Source: Eledone cirrhosa (taxonomy: Eukaryota). Taken from it: 64,000 nucleotides of DNA. The stretch covers positions 157,418,001 through 157,482,000 of the forward strand of contig OZ024740.1 of the NCBI GenBank assembly GCA_964016885.1. Reading direction: 5' to 3'. Below, in pieces: positions 14,200 to 25,991 of this stretch; the first letter of the stretch is position 1; each line of letters begins with the position of its first letter. The notes beneath the pieces are model-generated. The model was given only the letters and a program-made list of their open reading frames with translations, was not told the DNA's origin and did not search any database. A program made the position numbers and the translations under genes.

Positions 14200-15050
14200 A
14201 ATTTGGTTCCGTAGTCTTCATGAATAAAATAGATTAGACGTGAAAGTATACTGTTCGGCTTACGGAAACTAACGACATCAACCGAACTTAGTTTAGAACG
14301 GCGGCGATGTCAATATAAACTGGTCGATCAGGCAAAAATTGTTGGCTGAAAAATAGGTCGACTTTTTACTCTCTTTTTTTTTGAGAGGTTTGTTTTTTTT
14401 CTTTATGCAGTTTTTCTCTTGTGTTATTTATTTATCTTTTCTCTGAAAATATACAATTACACAGTCTTCCTGTCAGGCAAGGAAATCGAATTGCAGGGTG
14501 TACAACCTCGTTTTGATTCTGCACATGCGCATTAAATCTTCTTCCGGTCAGACATTTTTGCTTTCATTGATTTACAGATGTTAACTTCTTTTTAATAAAG
14601 AAAAGACAGCTAATTGTATAAACCAGTTAAACTAAAATCTAGCTATGGAGTTAAAACAACAGAACATTACCTGTCGTCTGTTTAATCTCCTGCGTCAACA
14701 ACATACATATTTGTGACTCACAAACGATCTTTTCTAACAGGAAGTAAGTGACATACTCAGCCTCTCTCTCTCTCTCCCCCTCTCTCTCTTGTTTAACTCT
14801 GAGTTTGTTTCTTCAATATTTCTTCTATTATATTTGTGTTTAAATTTATTCCTCGTGTTTGTTTTGGTTTCACCGAACCGACAAGTTATCGTCTGTATAT
14901 TCAAATAAGGGCGAAGGAAAACAGCAACAAAAACTATATCTTTTTATACGAAATCCTCCCAATTTGCATAATTAATAAATATAAACATACGTGACCTTGT
15001 TCGGTTATTTCCAGAAGTCCTCTCAATTTCTGGATCTGGATTCACAATAA
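14200..15050 (+). promoter_or_regulatory. Promoter/first-exon-like module, copy 3 of 3
   Basis: TGCACATGCGCA 14520-14531, TTCTTCCGGTCAGACATTTT, CTGTCGTCTG, CAGGAA|GTAAGT 14744-14749, GTGACCTTGTTCGG from 14991. Confidence 0.55.
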
Positions 15051-15317
15051 CTGAAGTTTTGGCAAAGAACATATATTTTCATTTTTGAAAATTACCAAAT
15101 AGTTAGTTATATATTATTTTTTATTATTTTGTGACAAAACTAGATAAAAATCGCCACTTTCATTCATTTTTATCGTTTGTATGTTCAAATAAGGGCGGAA
15201 GAAAACAACAACAACAAACTATTTGTATATATTTTTGTACGAAAACCTCTCATGCGCAAAGGCATATTAGTGACGCAACAGCATTTTAGCTATTGCGCAT
15301 GAGCTGGAACTATGGTT

Positions 15318-15535
15318 GATGGATTGGCAGTATCGGTAGAGCGTCAGACACTATGCTTGGCTGCTTAGAGTTATGGCCCTTTTTGTTCTGAGTTCAAATC
15401 CCGCCGAGGTTAGCTTTGCCTTTCATCCTTACGGGTTCGATAAAATAAAGCACCAGTAATGCACTGGGGCCTATTTAATCGACTTTCGCTCCCCTAAAAT
15501 TGTTGGCCTGGTGCCTAAATCAGAAACCATTATTG
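15318..15535 (+). mobile_element. Meta/MESC-core tRNA SINE, full length
   Basis: A-box-like TGGCAGTATCGG, B-box GAGTTCAAATCCC, conserved core and tail. Confidence 0.85.
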
Positions 15536-16239
15536 GTTTAGTGTTAAGGGACTGGCTGATACATTTAACACAGGGAATCTGACTGTCCCCTTCTTGACAT
15601 GTTTGCAGTCGTAGTAGGTGTTTGTATGAAAATCAATTAAACCTGAGAAAAAATGTATGAACTTGACAAAATTCATGACATAGTTGATAGAACATTTTTA
15701 TAATTAGGGTCTCGCTCTTCATTGTATATATGTTTATATATACCAGCTTTTGCTTAAAAGATTTAACAGGTTATTCTCTCACTCAAATAGATATATTGAA
15801 ACAAATAGCAGGTTGACTGATAAAACAACAAGTCAGTCAATCATATTAGTGGCCTCCCCACAGCCCCGGTGGACAGAATGGAGAAGGCATTTCTGCGAAG
15901 GACGGCAAGGGAGACGCGCTGGAAGAGCCATTCCAACTCGCAAGGCTCACACCTGCGGCTGGCTAGCTCAGCGCCTATGGCAGTGAGTAGGGAGGTAGCC
16001 TAAGGGCCGAGGACACCAGAAGTCTCCACTGCCAAGGGTATGACCGCAAACCTGTCGGAGAGTGACCGAGGGATTTCTAATCTGTAGTCTGTTTACCTCC
16101 AGTGGATGTTTAGTCTATTCAGAGGACACATTTGCTAATTTGGACATATATTTTTTCAATTATAATTTAAGAAAATTCTGAAGGTAACATTTGCTCTTTC
16201 AACAACTGTACCAAGAATCTCAAAAATTGTGAGTGAAAA

Positions 16240-17260
16240 GCAAAAACAAAAAGATTTTCTCCAGAGTCCTGCGACCAGGCTGCCTTGCCAAAAAGTTTGA
16301 AGGTCTTGGTCTGTGTAAATGCTCATCTTTGTCTCTACCTTGCTTTCTTTTCTCCAGCCATGCTTGCTCCCCTTTTGTGGGTGACATCCTCTCCTTTCCA
16401 ACATGGACTAGTTTCATCAAGGAGATGGATAAAGCTTTACTACAGTGGAGAGGGCTAGGTTTGTCAGTTCCTGATACTGACGAGGATAGATTGAAGCATA
16501 GAATATGGGGACAATCTGCATTCAAGTGAAACTTTTAATCAATTTTCTAGGTGCCGCTTATTTTGTGCAAGCCCAAAGATCTCAGGGGACTGGATTGATG
16601 CCTGGCCAACATTGGTGGTCTTCTCAGTCAGGACAAGCTCCGCATCTCCATTGCACTCTGAGTGGGAGCCGATGTCCGAGATGTCACTGTGGTAGGTCCC
16701 TCAACTCCACAGGCCTCCATGGTTTGTCCTACTGCCTGAATGCTGGCTGCTTTACCTGCTACACTGAGTTAAACCTGATCATTAAGTGGGACCTAGCTCA
16801 GGAAAATATCTCCTCAGCTCTGGAGCAATCTGGAAGTGATGAGAAGAAACCAGAGGCCTTTGCTTCCTCCCACATCATGGATGCCACAGTAAATGTGAGA
16901 GTCACTGTTTCCTTTGCCGAACGGAATATAATCTGAAAATACCGGGAACTATCAAGCAATTATTTTTTCCTGCCTGTGGTATTTGAGATGTTTGGTTCAG
17001 TTGGGCCGCTGACAGCGAAGTTCTTGTCATCATTGGCAGCTTGCCTTACTGAGGTGTCAGGTGATGCCTGTGAAGGTACCTGGTTGTTTCAGCGCCTGGT
17101 TGTTTCAGCGCCTTAGCCTTGCTATCACCCATGGTAATGCTGTGAGCGTATTGACTTGGCTCAAAATATTCTCTTGACCTTTGTGATGTGCGGTTGATTG
17201 TCGCACTTGGTGGTGAATTGATGGTCGTTTTTGTTTTTGTTTCCCCTTTTTTTCTTTCTC
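16240..17260 (+). mobile_element. CRE-like retrotransposon, 3' part
   Basis: Reverse-complement homolog of 6870-7860; CHCGRSLNSTGLHGLSY..YTELNLIIK. Confidence 0.7.
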
Positions 17261-18339
17261 TGATTGTATATTTTGGTGCGTTATATTTGTGAGGTTCCTA
17301 TATCTGTTTATATTTCCATTCTGAAAGTATTGTGAACAATTTGTAATGTTATACAACTGTGAATGGAACTATTAAAGTTTGCACATTGACTGACTGTCCT
17401 AGTACTGGTATTTGTTTATGATTATTTATTTAATCATAAGTGAAATAACATTGTTTTGTACTATTATTGTTTTTATTATAGGATAGTATAATTTTCCCTT
17501 TGTATTATGATAGATATAAATTCAAATTACCAAGAGCAAATTTACTTTGGAAAGCTTGTCAGGATAAATAGGACAAAAGAAGTTGAGAAGCTATTGCTCT
17601 ATGGTACAAACAACATCTGCTTCTTAGGTCTTCATGGTCAACGTACTTGAATGTAATTTAAAGCTACTTCATGAGTCACCACTAATGAAATTACTTCCTA
17701 TCATTGTGCACTGACATATTACATGCGTGTTCATATTCCTACATATATTATATTTGCAAGTATACAGAGAGGAAATTCAATAGATTATTTGGGTGCTATC
17801 TTGTATTTTAACCATGAAAATGGAAAACTATCAGTAAACTCCGAAGAATCAAAGAACCTAGTCTGTATGCCACTCTTCCTATTACTGATCAAGGGTAAAA
17901 TAAAAACTACAAATTATGTCCTTTGTCTATATCTATGTCTACATTTGGTGGTTGACTATATTTGGTGATTTCCACTGCTAAAATATTTAATAAATAGTTA
18001 TTTCATACTTTCGTTATAAAAAAGAAAAAAAGATATGTGTCAGCAAAAATTATGCAGTTAAGTTTCTAAGTTTTAATAAATTCATATGCTTTTTTATTTT
18101 ATTTTCAACTGTCAACCTTATTTTCATGCTCGGCTCTGCCTTACATGTGAGCCTTAATAAATTATTCCTCTTTTTTGTATAAGGATTAAGTAGGACTGGG
18201 AATATATAGGTAAGAAGGAGATTGAAGTGAGTGTAGACAATCAGCTAAAATCCTACACCGATGTGAACCATAACAACATCAATCTACTGTTGTTATCGCA
18301 ACCCACTCTATATAAACAAAAAAGCAATATAAAGTATTA

Positions 18340-19690
18340 AGGCCACACCCTTAGAAAACTAGGAGTTGATGAATGGTTTGTCAGAGCTCTACAAGCCATC
18401 TATAAAGAAACAGTCAGCAAGGTTAGAATTAACAACGAATATAGTGAAGAATTTAGTGTCAAAGTTGGTGTTCATCAGGGCTCTGTCCTTAGCCCCCTCC
18501 TATTTATTATTGCCCTTCAGGATATAACAGAGGAGTTCAAGACTGGCTGCCCATGGGAACTCCTATACACAGGTGATCTAACGCTTATAGCTGAATCAAT
18601 GGCTGAACTAGAGAAGAAATTCCAAACATGGAAGCATGGCCTAGAATCAAAAGGCCTTAAAGTTAACTTGTCTAAGACTAAAGTTCTAGTATGTAGGAAG
18701 GAAAAAAGGGCACCGGTCCCATCTGGGAAATGGCCATGCTCAGTGTGTAGGAAAGGAGTAGGCAGAAATTCCATTTTATGTCCCAAATGCAAAGTATGGG
18801 TGCATAAAAGATATAGTGGGATCACAGGTAAGCTATCTAAGAACGTAGATTTTATATGTGGCCGATGCTCAGGTGCAATAAGTAGCAAGTGCCCACAGGA
18901 TACTAGCTCCTTCTATTGCCCAGATGGCTCTATAGAAATAGTGGACACCTTCCGTTACCTGAGTGACAAAATCAGCAGTGGTGGAGGGTGCTCAGAAAGT
19001 ACAGTAGTCAGAGTCAGAACGGGATAGAAAAAGTTCAGAGAACTTATACCACTATTGGCTGCTAAAGGTTTCTCTCTAAAAATGAAAGGCAGACTGTATG
19101 ATGCTTGCATACGAACAGCTATGTTACATGGCAGTGAGACATGGGCATTGTGTGCAGAGGAACGAAGCATGCATGCTCCGCTGGATGTGTAATAGTAAAA
19201 TACGTGAACAGCAAAGCATAAATGAACTAAGGGAGAAATTAGGTATAAGTGGGATCAGATGCTGTTTACTCGAGAGAAGACTGCGTTGGTATGGTCACGT
19301 GATGCGCATGAAAACGACAGCTGTATAAAAAAAGTGCAGGGGGATCAAAATTGACGGACGTTACAGAGTAGGCAGACCCAGAAAAACCTGGGACGATTTG
19401 ATCAATTCCGACCTTGCACAACATCCAGTCCTAAATAAATGAGGTTGTGTAGGTGTCACGACAAAAAAACACAGTCCACGCTATAATGTGGCTGTGTAGG
19501 TAACACGATAAAAACCTCCTACTCCACACTGTAAACATGGTTGGTGTTAGGATGGGCATCCAGCCGTAGAAACCCTGCCAGACAGTCCCATACGAGTGAG
19601 ACGACCAATCTTGTCTCAAGTGGGACAATTCCCGTCTAAACCCATGCTAGCGTGGAAGATAGACGTTAAACGATGATGATGATGATGATG
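18340..19690 (+). mobile_element. RTE-clade LINE, 3' part, with (GAT)n tail
   Basis: KVGVHQGSVLSPLLFII (RT), Cys-rich insert WPCSVC..CPKCKVWVHKR..FICGRC, RRLRWYGHVMRM, and tail GACGTTAAACGATGATGATG. Confidence 0.85.
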
Positions 19691-21094
19691 TTCCCAAGAA
19701 ACTATAATGTGACAATGTCTTCAATTTTGTTGTTCATCTTTTTATCAGCCCTGATCAGAAGTGTCTTAACTATGACCGTTTTGTTTTTTATTTTGTTGTT
19801 TAATGTACCTGAGACTCAATTATCCAACATGTCCATTAAATTTAAACATACTAGGGTATGATTCCTTCCAGGCCAAGCTGCTGCTAATAAGTTCCAGCAC
19901 CATTATTGTTGTGTTTTATGTCTAAGTTACGACTGCTCAGAAAGTTAGGTTAGGTGCCCTCTCTTCTTGTATTCACCAGATACATCCCTTTTATCTGTTT
20001 GTGTGTGTGTATTGGCACTCTTTCAGATAACCATTGTCATCATATTTCATGACCTAATGATTAAACCTTTGACTTAACCTTTTCTTCACTATATTTCTAA
20101 TGAGAATCATTGCGTATAATTTTTAAATAATCAAGAATTTGGAAGGATTTAGTAATATCACTAACTTTGTATTCATTAAGCTGGTGTTTGGAGCATATCT
20201 TAACAAATATTCTTATATAAAATTATGATGATAATATACTTCAAATAAACAACTTTGTATCATAGAATTAGCCATGGTTTCAGGTTGTTTTGTATCAAAA
20301 GGGTTAATACTGCTAACACTGTTTTGCAGATTGTGTTCTCCATCCCACAACTATACTACACTTCTTTCGAGCCTTCTAGAGCTCATGAATGCGCTGTAAA
20401 GCTATTTTAACAGTTGCATGACATACAAATCTTCTACAAAGTCATTCCATGTGTTTATGGCACACAGGTGTCCCACAAAGTTATTGAAAGATAACCTACA
20501 AGATATTATAATCATCATAATTTTAATATCTGTTTTTCTATGTTTGAATGAGTTGGACAAGTTCTCCAGCACAGAGGCCCACTTTTCACCACTTCTGCCC
20601 AAGTCTTCCTCTATCACATCATCCTCTATATGTGTACCTCTACCACATCATCCTTCTATTTGGAACTCGTTGCAACTCTTCAGCCATCCAATGATCATTG
20701 TTCTTTCTAAGTGTTCACGACACATCAGTGTGCTACAAAAGTATTCAGTATGTGCTAAAAGGCTTCACTGACACACTAGTGCACTGCCAAGCAATTGGAG
20801 GTAGTACTTAAGACATTAGTGCTTGACTAAGCTATTATAGTTATTCTGTGACAAGTCTGTACTGCTAAGCTACTGAAGTTGCTATGTGAGACACTAGTGT
20901 ACTACATCACCATTCAATATATTCCCTGAATTTGCTATATTTCATGTGATAATAATTGTTTCAATTACATTTGCAGTATTCCATATTTGAAAAATGCAAG
21001 AAAACCAAACAAGAGCATTGCACATGCTTCAGGTATTACTACATTTGTCTTGAACAAGTTATTTTACACCTTTGCAAAATACTAGTTGCAGTTC

Positions 21095-21697
21095 ATTACC
21101 GGTTGAGGGTTGGATGCCATGCTTTGCAGCATATAGTTACGGCCCTTTATGATCTGAGTTTAAATCCCACCGAGGTTAACTTTAACTTTCATCCTTACGG
21201 GGTCGATAAAATAAAGTACCAGTCACGCACTGGAGTCGATTTAATCGACTTTCCCCTCTCTCAAAATTGCTGGCCTTGTGCCTATATAAGAAACTATTAT
21301 TATTATTAAAGGTGCTTTGACGCATAGAGTTACGGCCCTTGCCATTCTGAGTTCAAATCCCGCCGAGGTTAACTTTGCTTTTCATCTTTACGGGGTCGAT
21401 AAAATAAAGTACCAGTAATACACTGGGTAATTGCTGGCCTTGTGCCTAACGTAGAAACAATTATTATTATTAAAGGTGGTAGATTGACAGAATTGGTAGA
21501 GCGTCGGACAATATGCTTTGTAGCATTTAGTTGTGACCCTTTACATTCTGAGTTAAAATCCCGCTGAGGTTAGCTTTGCCTTTCATCCTTACAGGATCGG
21601 TAAAATAAAGTACCAGTAATGTACTGAGAGTCGATTTAATTGACTTTCCCCTCCTTTTCAAATTGATGGCCTATGCCTAAAGTAGAAACAATTATTT
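21095..21697 (+). mobile_element. Three tandem Meta/MESC-core SINEs
   Basis: Three consecutive copies of the core and tail, separated by (TAT)n. Confidence 0.85.
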
Positions 21698-21898
21698 TTA
21701 TTTATTTAAATTTTTTGTCAATGTGGGTGGGTATAGGTTAAAAATGATACCCTTAGATATAAATACAAATATATAGTTATTCCTAGGAAATTGTTAAAGC
21801 ATTGGGCAAAATGGCATTAAAAAGAAAATGAAATAAAAAAAATGTTTTTTTATATATTTCCCTTTTCCTGTATGATGAGGTCTTTCATTTTCTATTAA

Positions 21899-22099
21899 CC
21901 CTTTAGCATTTAAACTGGTCGTATCTTTACCAAAATTCTCTCGCCCTTCTGTTCAATCTGGCTATAACTGGCTGCTCATACTGATGTTAAGGTATTGTTC
22001 TCAAATAATATCAAAATCTCGTAGCTTTGATATTATTACTATTATATTTTCACCGTGAAAATATAATAGTAGATATAGAGTAATGTAAATGCTAAAGGG
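21899..22099. mobile_element. piggyBac-type MITE
   Basis: TTAA target duplication and TIR CCCTTTAGCATTTA..TAAATGCTAAAGGG. Confidence 0.85.
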
Positions 22100-23862
22100 T
22101 TAAATGAATTACTCCTTCCAAATTCATATGAAATACCTAAACACCAGTTCAATCATGGCTGTTAGATTTGTGGACATCAATAACTTCCTATCAAACAGTT
22201 GATGTATTGGTTGAAACATTGATAATGCAAATGATGATCAATTTTGTTGCTTGAAAACAACTACTGAGAAACAAACTGTCACATGTGCAACAAGAATTAT
22301 CACAATACAGAAAGTAGCGATATACCTCAATTCTTTTTTTTTTTTTTGTTTTGTTTTTTTGTAAGACAGCCATTTACTTAACCTATAATCACAATTATTG
22401 TCCTTGGCTATGTGGCTAAGAAGTTCACTTCACCACTATGTGACTTCATATATCTCTCTTTGTAAACTTCCATGTATCCATATATCAACATCGTTTACAG
22501 CAAGTGTTGACATTTATGTCCCACATAAACATTATTGCCTCTGTGAAACAGGTTGACAAAGTTGTGCAGTATACATATCATACTTTAAAAGTATATGTTA
22601 CCATCAGAAAGGCCATCTAGCCTTAGAGAAACTACCAAAGAAGACTCACTCAATCTATGTTGACATGCAAAAGTAGATGTTAATGTGTTGATGATGGTGA
22701 CTTGGTCTGTCAAAACAAGGCAGCAGTAGAATATTGTTCCCCAAATTGTAGTGGGTAGCTGCAACCATTGTTAATTGTGAAGAACTGGAAAAGGAAGTTC
22801 ATGAAGTCAGACATTGATATTGATGGATGATGAAAGCAAGGTTTCATCCCAAATATCATTGCTCTAAGTGTGGCAAGAATGACATTGGATGTTTCATGAG
22901 TTGAAAGAGACATGCTTTGTAAATGTTTCTTACTGGAAATAACTAATTGGAAAGCAGATAATTTACCACTTTATTTTACCTGGGAGGTACTGTACTTGTA
23001 GATAAAGGATATTTTTTCTGTTTATTAAAACATCTGGTACAAAAAAAAATGCTTGTGACATCTTTACTGAAACTTAGTTTGAAATTGAAATCTACAGTGT
23101 GTACACACAGATGCAAATGATTGAGTATGTGGGGTGAACTGGCCATGTCAAATGTAAACAAATATACATTGATGATGTTTTGCATGAAAACAAAACATAT
23201 CTCATGTGTATAAAACAAATATACATAGTTTTCTATTAGCCTGCTGCTAACTTAATGACTTTTTGATGGTACATATATTGTGTATTATTTAAAAGAGATG
23301 ATTTAGAAACACTGGTTAATCTGTTTGTTTTGGGCATAAACATGCATTGCTATGATCTCAATGCTTCCAGGACATTGCTAGACTGTATTGTGATTATTCT
23401 ACCTAAATATTTTCTTTTTATGTAAACACAACTGCAAGCAAAGTTGCTCATGGTATTTCCAAAAAGAAACATGACACTTATGTATGTTTCAAGGCTGAAG
23501 GTAAAATATTATATTCAAAGAAGTGGTATGACTTATCTACAACTGTTATTTGTATGAATATATACAATAGATTATGTATGATGGATGTAAAGCTTAAATA
23601 GCTGCAGGTGTATACACAGATACAACAGTGTACATAATCCTAATACTGAAAATATGTGGAGCAGATAAAAGAGACAACTGCATCAATAATGTGTAACTTT
23701 TCTTGGTCTATTTGAAGGGTAAAAGCAATGATTTCAGAGTCATTAGGATGTTAAAGAAAATGCTTTGTGGTATTTTCCCAACACACTGTGCTCTACATTC
23801 AAATCCTGCTGAGGTCAGCTTTGCCTTTCACTCTTTAAATTATGATTTGGCAGAATTGTTAA

Positions 23863-24083
23863 CCCTTTAGCATTTAAACCAGCCATATCTGGCCAGAATT
23901 CCCTTACCTCTTTCTGTTCAAACTGGCCATAAATAGTCACTCATACTGACATTAAGATATTGTTCTCAAAATAATTAATATCATCCTCAAAATCTCGTAG
24001 ATTCCATATTATGTAAGATAATTACGTGAGATAAAGCCTTTACCATGAAAATATATTAGTAAAGTAATGTAAATGCTAAAGAG
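23863..24083. mobile_element. piggyBac-type MITE
   Basis: TTAA flanks, same TIR (one mismatch) and same internal sequence. Confidence 0.8.
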
Positions 24084-25149
24084 TTAAAGTTGTATCCATT
24101 CCATCTCAGTGCATTAGGAATTTAAATCCTGCCTCGTGCCCCCGGAAATGCAGTGCTGCTTCTGTCAGAAATTGCTCTTGGCATAGTATGAGCAATAGAA
24201 AGAACAATGGAAAATTGGGTTGTTTCCTTGTCTTGAAAGCTATTTTCAAAAATGTTGATGGCATTCCAAATACAACCTGAAGAATGTATTTTCCACCGTA
24301 TTAAGCTCATAAACAATGACTGGCCCCCCCAGCCCATCTGAGAGGTCAGTAGCTCTGCTGGAGTACTGACTCAGTCTATGAAGATCCATCCAATCCTTGC
24401 TAGCAGGGAAAGTGAATGGTGATGGTGACACATAATTTTGCTCACTTTACTAAGTTTAACTAATAAAGGTAAGATTAATGTCATTGATGGTCTCCTTGAT
24501 GAATTGCAAAGTTTACAGCTGCAGGGAAATGACATGATATTCTGAAGGAGAAGAAAAGTATTTAGAATGAAGCCAAAGCATGTGGACCCAATATGGACAT
24601 CATGGGCTGTTGAACCACTTTCTTACACAATTTGATCAATATGGATGTGGTCATTTACAAGCATGAGCCCAACATTTGGAGTAACACATTTGCCACCATG
24701 ACCACAATAAAACATTTGTATCATGTACTCTGATTTCCTTTGTCTATTCTATTCACTGAATGCAAATGAAAGGTATTAAATATATTTACATGTATAGACA
24801 GTATAGATGATGAGAGGAGGAGACTCAGCTAAATACAGGTGGCATGAGATCAGCTGAACCTGTTAACTGTAGAGGAGTCAAAATAAGGAAAGAGGACATC
24901 TGGGAGTCTGTTGGTGAGCAACTTCATACCAATTATTCAGATATCAATTTTTTTCAGAGGCATGGGATATCTAGGATGTCTATAGTAGCAGCAGCATCTC
25001 AGATGTGGGAGCTCTTGGAAGTCTGGAAGTAATAGTATTGCTTGTTTTTGTTTTATTAAGCCTAACATTGGTTTTAAACTCAACCATTCCAACCTGTGTA
25101 CTTGATGTTGCAGCTTTAGTTATCTTTCAGTTTCCAGACTTTATATTGT

Positions 25150-25513
25150 GTCAGTAGGCACCTCTTAACCAAAATACACCCTCTGTCCCACTACCCCTAC
25201 CCCCACCACCATCTACACCACCCCTTTCGATGTAAAACTATGTTGGTACCACAACATCCAGTCCTAAATAAATGAGGTTGTGTAGGTGTCACAACAAAAA
25301 ACACACAGTCCACGCTGTAATGTGGCCGTGTAGGTAACACGGTAAAAACCTCCCAGTCCACACTGTAAACGTGGTTGGTGTTAGGAAGAGCATCCAGCCG
25401 TAGAAAACCCGCCAGACAGTCCTGAGCAAGACAACCAATCTTGCCTCAAGTGGGACAATTCCAGTCCAGACTCATGCTAGCGTGGAAGATGGACGTTAAA
25501 CGATGATGATGAT
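25150..25513 (+). mobile_element. RTE 3'UTR fragment
   Basis: Near-identical to 55455-55820; (GAT)n tail. Confidence 0.8.
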
Positions 25514-25865
25514 ATGTTTTTAGTGAGTAGTTATTTTTTGAAAGAGCACAAGTTACTTTGCAGAGAGGCTAGACTAATTATCAAGGCTAATTTGTTTTCT
25601 TGTTTTACATCCTTTTTTCCATACTTGTGATAATGTTATATAGTCCAAAATGTTCAACTTATTCTTATAGTTTTGTCCTTATTCATTTTGAGTTAAAATC
25701 CTATGAGGTTCAACTACTCCTTTTTTCCTATTTGAGATGAAATCAAAACCAAAAAGATAATCTCTGCGTGATCACTTGCCCTGCTACAAATAGCAGCTAA
25801 ATTTCATTCAGATCATACACTACTGTTATTAAAATAAGGTATTATTGGATAATTTAGTTCTAGAT

Positions 25866-25991
25866 CAGTCATGGGCAAAGTGAGGCCCGTTTGGCTTTCA
25901 AAATTGTTTTGAATGTTTTGGTAGTGTGGACCACCTTATGATGAGCCACGTCTTATGCGGCCCACTGCATGAAAAAGGTTGCCCATGCCTG
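25866..25991. mobile_element. hAT (Charlie-like) MITE
   Basis: TIR CAGTCATGGGCAA/TTGCCCATGCCTG with a perfect 8-bp TSD TTCTAGAT (25858-25865, 25992-25999). Confidence 0.85.

Noticed and set aside
2030-14370. First island of the triplicated module as a structured or Pol III ncRNA (ATCGACC/GGTCGAT stem, T-run)
   Set aside because: Substitutions are not consistently compensatory on either strand, and there is no A/B box. A promoter motif is the simpler explanation.
2490-14760. Modules as spliced-leader or snRNA genes targeted by CRE elements
   Set aside because: No Sm site or conserved stem-loops after the GTAAGT, and no similarity to snRNAs that I can recognise.
20770-20905. ~40-bp spaced GACAC.TAGTG..CT..TAAGC repeats resembling a CRISPR array
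   Set aside because: Eukaryotic context, degenerate units and no cas genes; an old minisatellite.
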